A stretch of 64,000 nucleotides of DNA, from NCBI GenBank assembly GCA_964019335.1, contig OZ025727.1:124001-188000 (forward strand), written 5' to 3'. Every line of letters starts with the position of its first letter. Positions within the stretch are counted from its first letter, which is position 1. The DNA comes from Diplonema japonicum. Its lineage: Eukaryota > Protista > Euglenozoa: Diplonemea. The notes beneath the pieces were generated by a model. The model did no database searches. It was not told the DNA's origin and was given only the letters and a program-made list of their open reading frames with translations. The position numbers and the translations under genes are program-made. Below, piece after piece: positions 12,731 through 23,028 of the stretch.

Positions 12731-12779
12731 GTCGTTAAAGCGATCCTGTCACATACTGTAGGTTCCTTTCAATGACATC
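12731..12779 (+). mobile_element. Family A-related retroposon 3' hairpin stub (sister copy at 46516-46550)
   Basis: GCGATCCTGTCACATACTGTAGGTTCCTTTCAATGACATC followed by a pyrimidine tract; homologous to 7273-7322. Confidence 0.6.
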
Positions 12780-13211
12780 TTTCTTTCTTTTTTTTTCTTT
12801 TTTCTTCTCTTTTCTTTTTTTGTGATTTACACATTTCTTTTTTAGTTTGGTTTGCTCTTTCTTGTTTTACACAAAAGAGGCTGAGGCCACGTTATCTTCC
12901 ATTCTCTCCCCCAAGGTTCCTCGTTGTTCTTTACCTATGCTACTCCCCACTTGTATCCTGCCCCTTTCAAGAAGAGAAGCGGGTGAAAAATAAAGGAGGA
13001 AAAAAAAAAAAAAAAAAAAAAAAACAAAAAAAACAAAACAAGAAAAGAGTTTTTCCCCTTTTCTTTTACACCCCTTTCCTCTCTTTCAAGGATATTGTTC
13101 TCCCTCTCTATTACTACCATTTTGCTCGCACTTCTTCTTTTTCTTATTTTATTTCTTGTGACACATTCTTGCATATCTGAACAAACGAAAACAGCGACCA
13201 AGACAACTAAT

Positions 13212-14738
13212 ATGCCACGCGTGCTTGCTACAACTTGTTTGCTGGCTGTTGTGGTGACTGCAGCAGGGCAGTGCAACGATGCTGCGTTTTCGGCCTGCAT
13301 GCAGCCTCAAGGTAATGAATGCGAGTCGCAGCACCTGTACACTGGTGAGGCATTGTGTGGGTGCCATGCACAAGTAGGGAGGTGCGCACAGCAGTACAAT
13401 TGCCTTGACAGGTGCGTGAACACGATGGCTGCTTGGGGCTGCGGGGCGGACTGGTGCAACATGGTGAACGTGACGAAGCCCACGAAGGTGGTGGCCGAAT
13501 ACTTCCTCACGCAGCAGATTAGTAATGATGACTTTGAAAAGCTCTCGAACTTGTTCTCGCCAGCCGTTAACCGCGCCACTGTTTGGATTGACACATCTGC
13601 CCCCCGCCCCACCCTGCCCCCTGGCACCACTCCCCAAATGCTCGACCTCATGTGTCGCATGTCACAGTACAAGTACGACTGTGAGCAGTCTTTCGGCTAC
13701 TGCAGGTGGACTGGCACAACATGTAAGGCCGTCGGGGCTGCAACTGTGTCTGTGCCCAAAAGTCCTCCCTCTCCCAGTGACGATATCCGGGTTACCGTAT
13801 GTGCGCAGGTGGGACAGATCGACAAGTGCAGCCAGTACCCAATGTTTTGCGTGCTGTCCAACAACAAGTGCATCCCCGACCCTTCTGGAGTCCCTCTTCC
13901 CAAGAGCGTTGTCTGCCCGGCTGCCGACAAGGAGCCCGAGTGCGAAGGCATGCTCGGGTTATGCCTTTGGAACGATGCCAAAGCCACATGTGAGGCGAAC
14001 AACGGTGCCCCCCCCGGCATGCAAGATGTAAGGCCTGTGATCTGCTCGGAGCTTGGAGCGTGCTTGGAAAAATCGCAGTTCTGCACCGTGTCCGACGGGA
14101 AATGTGTTGCTGACCCAAAGGGGATACCTGTACCTGCGGCCATAATGTGCCACAGCTTTGAGATGAAGCAGTGCGGTTATTTCTCGTTCTGCAGCTGGAC
14201 GGGGGATAGGTGCACGACAAGCAGCTTGCAACGCGACGGTGCTGCTGTGTTGTCTGTCGGTACGACTCACAAGGCTGTGGGGCTTGCAGTTGCTGGTGCA
14301 GGCCGTGCAAGCTTGAGGCGTGCTGCTGAGGTGCTTTCGAGTGGACGATGGCAGCTGTTGGTGGGCATCGAGTTCACAGGCATAATCGTGAACACACCGC
14401 TTGTCGAAGCTGTGAGGCAGCAGATGAACCAAATCGTCGGTGCGAAATTGTTGAAAAAGTACGAAGTTTCTGTTTACAAACCAGCCTTTGTCGAGGTGGC
14501 TGGTGAAGGCGAGGCCACGAAGAGAATGGAGGGAAGCAGCGGTGGTGGGATCAAAACAGGAACAGCTGTTGGGATCGCTATCGGTGTTCTTGCTGGGGTA
14601 GCCCTTTTGGGTGTCGTGGCCTTCATGCTTATCAAGCGCAGGAAGGTGGAAGAGGAAACAACTTTTCAACTGGAAACCGATGGGGTCGATATGACAGAGG
14701 ACAGCATGGGCTCTGAAGAAGGTGAAATGCAAGCATGA
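13212..14738 (+). CDS. Cys-rich type I surface protein, member 3
   Basis: Start reassigned to MPRVLATTCLL. Five Cys modules, TM, acidic tail. Near-identical to member 4. Confidence 0.9.
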   Translation: MPRVLATTCLLAVVVTAAGQCNDAAFSACMQPQGNECESQHLYTGEALCGCHAQVGRCAQQYNCLDRCVNTMAAWGCGADWCNMVNVTKPTKVVAEYFLTQQISNDDFEKLSNLFSPAVNRATVWIDTSAPRPTLPPGTTPQMLDLMCRMSQYKYDCEQSFGYCRWTGTTCKAVGAATVSVPKSPPSPSDDIRVTVCAQVGQIDKCSQYPMFCVLSNNKCIPDPSGVPLPKSVVCPAADKEPECEGMLGLCLWNDAKATCEANNGAPPGMQDVRPVICSELGACLEKSQFCTVSDGKCVADPKGIPVPAAIMCHSFEMKQCGYFSFCSWTGDRCTTSSLQRDGAAVLSVGTTHKAVGLAVAGAGRASLRRAAEVLSSGRWQLLVGIEFTGIIVNTPLVEAVRQQMNQIVGAKLLKKYEVSVYKPAFVEVAGEGEATKRMEGSSGGGIKTGTAVGIAIGVLAGVALLGVVAFMLIKRRKVEEETTFQLETDGVDMTEDSMGSEEGEMQA

Positions 14739-15099
14739 GAGCAAAAGCACAGAGTATTCTCCCAATTAAAATATTTTTCTCATTTTGTTCTCCTCCCCCC
14801 CCTCAAAGTGTAATATTTTACCCTCCCGGGAGCCTTTCCCTTGGTATGTGGAGGCTTATGTAGTTATTTATCCTATAATTCCTTTTCTTCCATTAGTTTG
14901 TTGTTCTTCGTTCCTTCTCCCCCCTCTTTTTTTCTCTTTGAAAGCTCTTTTTTTCTAACCTCGTGTCTCTCTTTCTCTCTCTTCATTTAATGTCCTCCTC
15001 CCATCTTCGTAAATTCCTTTCTCTGTTGTAGTAAGGATGACGAAAAGAATACCCTGTTTTTCTTTTTCTTTTCCTCTTTCTTTTTTTTTTTTTTCCTCT

Positions 15100-15460
15100 G
15101 GCGATGCGAGCTCGGAGATGCGGTGGCGACCATGCTGAATGCGACGGCGCTCCACGGGATAGTGCCCAGGGGATGCCAAGACAAGCCGAGAGCCCTGTTG
15201 GTGCAAAGGTACCTGCTGGAGGTGGTCACGCTGAGGCATTGCAGACGCAGACATACCCATGGCGGGTGGTCGTGACGGGAAGGGCACACAGCAGCATCGA
15301 AGGCTTGCGTGACATGTACCTGTCGCAGACCCCGACAAGGCTGCCCCGCAGTTTTACCACCGCAGTAGGAACCCGCCAGAGCCCCCAGAACGGGGACAAC
15401 GGGGACTAAGTACAGCGCGGCCGGTGAGCGCAAAAACGCATACCTTAAAAGAATAGTTTT
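15100..15460 (+). mobile_element. Degenerate LINE ORF2 3' fragment
   Basis: GC-rich island between T-tracts. Translates to RWRPC / TALHGIVPRG...LLVQRYLLEV, resembling QWPRCTQLHGIATGG...ELQLMMAEI in the 6.2-7.3 kb element. Ends in poly(T). Confidence 0.45.
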
Positions 15461-16018
15461 TTTTTTTACTCCGATCCTTTATGGGTCAAAAGAAAAAGCG
15501 AGACCTTGCAGAGTTAAGGCTAAAATCATCGACTCTTTACAACAGCTACTTTCGAAAAGCTGTAAAAAAAAAAAAAAAAAAAAAAAAAGAGAGAAAATGA
15601 AATAGTAGAGTAAAACTTGTTTTTTTTTTTCTTAAATCATTTTTTACCACATTACATATTGCATTTGAATAAAAGAAATATGGGTCTGCACGCTCAGCTG
15701 ATGAGTTCCTTCAAGCAGGATCTATTCTTTGTCTTCTTTGTTTTCCCATTTATTGAAACACTAAGGGCACCAAGCAGCTTACCAAGTCTTTTTTCCCTTC
15801 CCTGGCTCCACATCTTATATTACTTTACCCCACCAACATGTAACCAACCCCATGTCTCTAAACCTTTAGCTTTTTCTCCATTGAAAATGACTCGATTTCT
15901 TTTTCTTTCGATATCTTACAGCACCAATTTTCTTTCGATATCTTACAGCACCAATTTTCTTTTTTATTTCGTAAGTGTGCCTAGACAAGTATAGCGCACA
16001 AAGAAAATTTGAAAAGAA

Positions 16019-17551
16019 ATGCGTGTGCTTGCTACAACTTGTTTGCTGGCTGTTGTGGTGACTGCAGCAGGGCAGTGCAACGATGCTGCGTTTTCGGCCT
16101 GCATGCAGCCTCAAGGTAATGAATGCGAGTCGCAGCACCTGTACACTGGTGAGGCATTGTGTGGGTGCCATGCACAAGTAGGGAGGTGCGCACAGCAGTA
16201 CAATTGCCTTGACAGGTGCGTGAACACGATGGCTGCTTGGGGCTGCGGGGCGGACTGGTGCAACATGGTGAACGTGACGAAGCCCACGAAGGTGACAGCC
16301 GAATACCTCTTCACGCAGAGGATTAGTGATGATGACTTTGCGAAGCTCTCGAACTTGTTCTCGCCAGCCGTTAACCGCGCCACTGTTTACACCAGGTGGA
16401 TTGACACATCTGCCCCCCGCCCCACCCTGCCCCCTGGCACCACTCCCCAAATGCTCGACCTCATGTGTCGCATGTCACAGTACAAGTACGACTGTGAGCA
16501 GTCTTTCGGCTACTGCAGGTGGACTGGCACAACATGTAAGGCCGTCGGGGCTGCAACTGTGTCTGTGCCCAAAAGTCCTCCCTCTCCCAGTGACGATATC
16601 CGGGTTACCGTATGTGCGCAGGTGGGACAGATCGACAAGTGCAGCCAGTACCCAATGTTTTGCGTGCTGTCCAACAACAAGTGCATCCCCGACCCTTCTG
16701 GAGTCCCTCTTCCCAAGAGCGTTGTCTGCCCGGCTGCCGACAAGGAGCCCGAGTGCGAAGGCATGCTCGGGTTATGCCTTTGGAACGATGCCAAAGCCAC
16801 ATGTGAGGCGAACAACGGTGCCCCCCCCGGCATGCAAGATGTAAGGCCTGTGATCTGCTCGGAGCTTGGAGCGTGCTTGGAAAAATCGCAGTTCTGCACC
16901 GTGTCCGACGGGAAATGTGTTGCTGACCCAAAGGGGATACCTGTACCTGCGGCCATGGTGTGCGTCCACTTTGAGGTTAATCAGTGCATTCATTTCTCGT
17001 TCTGCAGCTGGACGGGGGATAGGTGCACGACAAGCAGCTTGCAACGCGACGGTGCTGCTGTGTTGTCTGTCGGTACGACTCACAAGGCTGTGGGGCTTGC
17101 AGTTGCTGGTGCAGGCCGTGCAAGCTTGAGGCGTGCTGCTGAGGTGCTTTCGAGTGGACGATGGCAGCTGTTGGTGGGCATCGAGTTCACAGGCATCGTG
17201 AACACACCGCTTGTCGAAGCTGTGAGGCAGCAGATGAACCAAATCGTAAGTGCCGATAAACTGAAAAAGTACGAAGTGTCTGTTTACAAACCGGCCTTTG
17301 TCGAGGTGGCTGGTGAAGGCGAGGCCACGAAGAGAATGGAGGGAAGCAGCGGTGGTGGGATCAAAACAGGAACAGCTGTTGGGATCGCTATCGGTGTTCT
17401 TGCTGTGGTAGTTCTTCTGGGTGTCGTGGCCTTCATGTTTATCAAGCGCAGGAAGAGGGTGGAAGAGGACACACCACCTCAACTGGAAACCGATGGGGTC
17501 AACATGAAGGAGGACAGCATGGGCTCTGAGAAAGGTGAAACACAAGTATGA
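16019..17551 (+). CDS. Cys-rich type I surface protein, member 4
   Basis: Recent paralogue of 13212-14738, with differences clustered in patches. Confidence 0.92.
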   Translation: MRVLATTCLLAVVVTAAGQCNDAAFSACMQPQGNECESQHLYTGEALCGCHAQVGRCAQQYNCLDRCVNTMAAWGCGADWCNMVNVTKPTKVTAEYLFTQRISDDDFAKLSNLFSPAVNRATVYTRWIDTSAPRPTLPPGTTPQMLDLMCRMSQYKYDCEQSFGYCRWTGTTCKAVGAATVSVPKSPPSPSDDIRVTVCAQVGQIDKCSQYPMFCVLSNNKCIPDPSGVPLPKSVVCPAADKEPECEGMLGLCLWNDAKATCEANNGAPPGMQDVRPVICSELGACLEKSQFCTVSDGKCVADPKGIPVPAAMVCVHFEVNQCIHFSFCSWTGDRCTTSSLQRDGAAVLSVGTTHKAVGLAVAGAGRASLRRAAEVLSSGRWQLLVGIEFTGIVNTPLVEAVRQQMNQIVSADKLKKYEVSVYKPAFVEVAGEGEATKRMEGSSGGGIKTGTAVGIAIGVLAVVVLLGVVAFMFIKRRKRVEEDTPPQLETDGVNMKEDSMGSEKGETQV

Positions 17552-18417
17552 GAGCAAAAGCACAGAGTATTCTCCCAATTAATTTTTTTTTTTATTTTTT
17601 TTTTTTTTTTATTTTTTTTTTTTTTTTGTTAAACTCTCCTGAGAGAGCCGTTCCCTTGGTGTTGGAGCTTGCGTAATAATTTATCCTATAATTCATTTTC
17701 TTCCATAGTTTTTTTTCTTCTTTTTTTTTCTTGTTCTTCTTTCCTTTCTCTCCTTTCTTTTTCCTCTTTTTTTTATCTTCTTTGAAGGTTATTTCTAACC
17801 TCTCTCTCTCCCCTCTCTCCCCTCTCTCTCCCCTCTCTTATCGATTCTTTCATTTAAAGTCCCCCCGCCCCCTTCCCCCATAAATTCTGTCCTCTGTTGT
17901 AAAATTAAAAAGAAAACGATGAAGGATTTGAAAAGGTAAGAAACCCCTTGGGACCCCCCTGCCTGGATATTCTTTTTCTTTTTGAGAAAAAGCGAGACCT
18001 TGCAGGGTTAAGGGTAAAATCGAACCTCATCGACTCTTTACAAAAACTACTTTCGAAAAGCTCAAAAGATTGCATTTGAATAAAAGGAAATATGGGTCTG
18101 CACGTTCAACTGATGAGTTCCTTCAAGCAGGATCTATTCTTTGTCTTCTTTGTTTTCCCATTTATTGAAACACTAAGGGCACCAAGCAGCTTACCAAGTT
18201 TTCTTTCCCCTTCCTGACTCCACACTCTTTTTCTTTCTCTTCTAGATGTCTTACAGCGCCAATTTTCTTTTTTTTATTTCGTAACTGTGCCTTGACAAGT
18301 ATGAATAGGACGTGAAATAAATCCATAAATCAGAAGATCTTTTTTTGATGTCTTCTGTGTGTCTCCTCCTTTACTGTCTCTTTTGAGTCCGTGCCGGGGT
18401 TTCAGATCGGGGGTATA

Positions 18418-19195
18418 CCCGCAGCCCCCCAATTGCCCCGTGAAGGTACGAGTGTCTCGTCAATGCTTAAATATTTTCCCGGCCCTGCTGCTTTTGCCCA
18501 CTTGTCATCAATTCTGTCCAGAAACCCTCGTATCTTCACAACATATCACCGTTTGACCCTTCTGTGTGAGTGAAGTGGAGGCTACTTTTGATTTCCCGGT
18601 AGCGTCTCCTGGGCATCGTGTTACTGAAAAGGGGGATTTTCATGGGTCCTGTGGACCAATACGACTGCTGATTCTGGGCACGCCGTAAACCCATCGCAAT
18701 GCTCAATCCGAGTAAGCGGTGGAGTCCTCAGCGCCCTTTTGCTTGTTTGTCTCTTCTTGGATGACGTCTGTGAGCTTCTTATAAAAAAACCGAAAGGAAT
18801 AATCATTTTGCGTCGTCAGGTTTCTGCGTACCACGGGACAGCTTTTTTTCTCCCCACTGGCCTATTTTATGGTCTCTATGGGTACCAACTCCCTTGCCCA
18901 TGAAGGTTGGACCTCGTCCGTAGCTGTTTTGGCTTTACCTTTGCGTTTTTTGGGAACAATTTGGGCACAGTATGCACACCCGTTATTTTGCGTTTTTAGC
19001 CTATCTACTCGGATTTGGGACCTACTTGGTGGGTGGATAACAAGGTAAAGTGATGCAGCGCAGCATGAAATGCAGTTGAAAATAACTCCTCACTATAGTC
19101 GTTCTTGGAGATCCAGGGGTAGTGGGGTTGAAAAAGTACATAGAGAAAAAAACGATTTTTCAAAACGACAAATATTTGCGCCTTGGAGTGTTATG
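18418..19195 (-). mobile_element. Truncated piggyBac 5'-end fragment (same family as 8891-10661)
   Basis: Matches about 9863-10659 including GGAGTGTTATG of the TIR; the terminal GG and TTAA are lost. Confidence 0.9.
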
Positions 19196-19268
19196 TAATG
19201 CTCATGGGCTTATTATATTTACACAGCTCGGGTACTAATCTTTTATATATAAAAAAAAAGAGGGAGAA

Positions 19269-20810
19269 ATGCGTGTGCTCTTGTTGTGTCTCTTGGCGTG
19301 TCTCGGGACGGCGGCAGGGAAATGCATGACCACACAATACACAGACTGTTTGTGGATGAGAAACGTGACCAGTACGTGTTCGTCGGTGGAGGTGTACAGT
19401 GGTGAGATGCTGTGTGCTTGCGATGCTCATGTGGGGGAATGCGCGAGGCAGTATGGGTGTGCTGACGAATGCGTGGCCACGATGGCCTCGAAGGGCTGCG
19501 GGGCGGACTGGTGCAACATGGTGAACGTGACGAAGCCCACGAAGGTGGTGGCTGTTTACAGGTTCACACAGAAACAGAAATTGTCGAGCAGCGCAGTCCA
19601 CGACCTGATGAGGACTCTGGCTGGTACGGAGAGCGGGTTTGACTATACCGTGACGGACCTCAGTGCAGCTAACCCGACACTGCCCCCTGGTGTCTCCCCG
19701 AGCCAGATTGAACTCTTGTGTAGTCAAATGAAATACAAATTCGACTGCGAGAAAACCTTCGGTTACTGCAAATGGAATGGTGCAGAGTGCGACTCTGCTG
19801 GAAAATCTTCAGGACCCGCACCTGTTCCCGTACCAGGACCCGCCCCTGTTCCCGTGCCGGGACCCGCACCTGTGCCTGTACCAGGGCCCGTCCCGGCACC
19901 CATTGACACCAGCGACGTGCGGCCCATTGTGTGCGCGCACATGGGACAGCTTGATAAGTGCTTGGATCTTAAGAAAGAATGCACTACGTCCAAAGATGGA
20001 AAGTGCATTGCCAACCCAAATGGTTTTCCAGTTCCTGCGGCCCTTGTGTGCCCGACCATCACTAATGAGAAGAAGTGCCACGTCGTATTCGGGATATGCC
20101 TGTGGAAGAGCGGCAGGTGCGTGGTGAACAGCGGGCCCATCCCTGGTGAGCCTGACGTGAGGCCCATGATGTGCTCCCACCCTGAGGCGTGCGTTGAGAA
20201 GCAAACAATGAAATTCTGCAAAAAGGTCAACGGGGTGTGTGCTCCCAATCCCGACGGCACACCTGTGCCCGCACTCATGGTGTGCCCCGTCTTAGAGCGT
20301 TATGCGTGCATGGACCCTGATGTCCCATTCTGCGATTGGATTGATGGCAGGTGCACGATTTACGGTGGCACGAGTCGTGGTGGTGCTGTGCTGTCTGGCG
20401 GTACGAATGCTCGCAATGCTGTTGTCCTCGCTGCTGAGGAAGCATTCGTGACAAGCCGAGCTGCTGACACGCTTTCGGGTGAAGCGACATGGCAGCTAAC
20501 TGCTGGGGTCGAGTTCACTCACATGTTCATAAACAAGCCTCTTGTGGAAGTCTTAAGGCAGCAGATGGACGTGGCAGCCACCTCGAAATACTGGACAAAA
20601 CATGGGGCGTCTCTCTACAAAGCGGCCGTGGTCGTGAAGGCTGGTGAAGGCGAGCCCACAAAGAACGGAGGTGGTTCATCAGGTCCAGGAGGAGGAAACG
20701 CTGTTGGAATCGCCTTCGGTGTTCTTGCTGGGGTTGCCCTTGTGGGTGTCGTGGGCTTCTTGGTCATCAAGCACAGGCAGCAGGAGGGCATTGGGATGCA
20801 GCTGGACTGA
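19269..20810 (+). CDS. Cys-rich type I surface protein, member 5 (cytoplasmic tail truncated)
   Basis: Identical to member 6 up to ...MQLD, then a net 20-nt deletion gives TGA. Contains a (GPAPVPVP)n linker. Confidence 0.88.
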   Translation: MRVLLLCLLACLGTAAGKCMTTQYTDCLWMRNVTSTCSSVEVYSGEMLCACDAHVGECARQYGCADECVATMASKGCGADWCNMVNVTKPTKVVAVYRFTQKQKLSSSAVHDLMRTLAGTESGFDYTVTDLSAANPTLPPGVSPSQIELLCSQMKYKFDCEKTFGYCKWNGAECDSAGKSSGPAPVPVPGPAPVPVPGPAPVPVPGPVPAPIDTSDVRPIVCAHMGQLDKCLDLKKECTTSKDGKCIANPNGFPVPAALVCPTITNEKKCHVVFGICLWKSGRCVVNSGPIPGEPDVRPMMCSHPEACVEKQTMKFCKKVNGVCAPNPDGTPVPALMVCPVLERYACMDPDVPFCDWIDGRCTIYGGTSRGGAVLSGGTNARNAVVLAAEEAFVTSRAADTLSGEATWQLTAGVEFTHMFINKPLVEVLRQQMDVAATSKYWTKHGASLYKAAVVVKAGEGEPTKNGGGSSGPGGGNAVGIAFGVLAGVALVGVVGFLVIKHRQQEGIGMQLD

Positions 20811-20938
20811 AAACAGTATCTCTGATGATGACGGTGAAGACGCAGCCGCAGAAAGGGAAGATGTGAGTAAAGTTGCTGATGTTTAGTATAATGAGGGGAA
20901 AAAGAAAACAAAAGAAAAACGAAATGAAATTCACACCT

Positions 20939-20982
<44 letters not shown>

Positions 20983-22177
20983 CTTTTTTTATTTATTATC
21001 TGACCTCCATGTGCCACCCAAGCATTTGGCGAGCCAGTTATACCAGCGCGTAAGAAGACTTTGTTAAGAAGAAGAATATGGGGGGGGAAAAAAAGACAAA
21101 AAAAAACCCCCCCTCCCTCCCTTGTTAATGAAGTTGCAATCTCGATTTGAATTGGGTAGCGCGCTAGCGGCCGGTGCTAGCAACACCCACCAAAGCGAGA
21201 AATTAAAAAAGAGAATAATAAAACGCCCCTCCCGGCCGTTATTGGCGTAAGAGCGCCAATATGATATTTAGTCGATTCTGTTATAAAAGGGTTTTTTCTT
21301 TTTCTTTTTTTTTTTTTTTTTTTTTCTTTCTATCATCCACTCGCCGTCCCCCCTCCCCCAGTAGTTTGGTTTTTTTAATTTTTTTTTTTATTTTTTTTTT
21401 ATTTATTTTTTTTTTTTTTTTTGTTAAACTCTCCCGAGAGAGCCGTTCCCTTGGTGTTGGAGCTTGCGTAATAATTTATCCTATAATTCATTTTCTTCCA
21501 TAGTTTTTTTTCTTCTTTTTTTTTCTTGTTCTTCTTTCCTTTCTCTCCTTTCTTTTTTCCTCTTTTTTTTATCTTCTTTGAAGGTTATTTCTAACCTCTC
21601 TCTCTCCCCTCTCTCCCCTCTCTCTCCCCTCTCTTATCGATTCTTTCATTTAAAGTCCCCCCGCCCCCTTCCCCCATAAATTCTGTCCTCTGTTGTAAAA
21701 TTAAAAAGAAAACGATGAAGGATTTGAAAAGGTAAGAAACCCCTTGGGACCCCCCTGCCTGGATATTCTTTTTCTTTTTGAGAAAAAGCGAGACCTTGCA
21801 GGGTTAAGGGTAAAATCGAACCTCATCGACTCTTTACAAAAACTACTTTCGAAAAGCTCAAAAGATCAACTGATGAGTTCCTTCAAGCAGGATCTATTCT
21901 TTGTCTTCTTTGTTTTCCCATTTATTGAAACACTAAGGGCACCAAGCAGCTTACCAAGTTTTCTTTCCCCTTCCTGACTCCACACTCTTTTTCTTTCTCT
22001 TCTAGATGTCTTACAGCGCCAATTTTCTTTTTTTTATTTCGTAACTGTGCCTTGACAAGTATGAATAGGACGTGAAATAAATCCATAAATCAGAAGATCT
22101 TTTTTTGATGTCTTCTGTGTGTCTCCTCCTTTACTGTCTCTTTTGAGTCCGTGCCGGGGTTTCAGATCGGGGGTATA

Positions 22178-22955
22178 CCCGCAGCCCCCCAATTGCCCCG
22201 TGAAGGTACGAGTGTCTCGTCAATGCTTAAATATTTTCCCGGCCCTGCTGCTTTTGCCCACTTGTCATCAATTCTGTCCAGAAACCCTCGTATCTTCACA
22301 ACATATCACCGTTTGACCCTTCTGTGTGAGTGAAGTGGAGGCTACTTTTGATTTCCCGGTAGCGTCTCCTGGGCATCGTGTTACTGAAAAGGGGGATTTT
22401 CATGGGTCCTGTGGACCAATACGACTGCTGATTCTGGGCACGCCGTAAACCCATCGCAATGCTCAATCCGAGTAAGCGGTGGAGTCCTCAGCGCCCTTTT
22501 GCTTGTTTGTCTCTTCTTGGATGACGTCTGTGAGCTTCTTATAAAAAAACCGAAAGGAATAATCATTTTGCGTCGTCAGGTTTCTGCGTACCACGGGACA
22601 GCTTTTTTTCTCCCCACTGGCCTATTTTATGGTCTCTATGGGTACCAACTCCCTTGCCCATGAAGGTTGGACCTCGTCCGTAGCTGTTTTGGCTTTACCT
22701 TTGCGTTTTTTGGGAACAATTTGGGCACAGTATGCACACCCGTTATTTTGCGTTTTTAGCCTATCTACTCGGATTTGGGACCTACTTGGTGGGTGGATAA
22801 CAAGGTAAAGTGATGCAGCGCAGCATGAAATGCAGTTGAAAATAACTCCTCACTATAGTCGTTCTTGGAGATCCAGGGGTAGTGGGGTTGAAAAAGTACA
22901 TAGAGAAAAAAACGATTTTTCAAAACGACAAATATTTGCGCCTTGGAGTGTTATG
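22178..22955 (-). mobile_element. Truncated piggyBac 5'-end fragment (duplicate)
   Basis: Copy of 18418-19195 within the tandem duplication. Confidence 0.9.
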
Positions 22956-23028
22956 TAATGCTCATGGGCTTATTATATTTACACAGCTCGGGTACTAATC
23001 TTTTATATATAAAAAAAAAGAGGGAGAA

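Noticed and set aside
13149-17578. Minus-strand and alternate-frame ORFs over the surface genes
   Set aside because: Shadows of GC-rich coding sequence; they recur only because the genes are duplicated.
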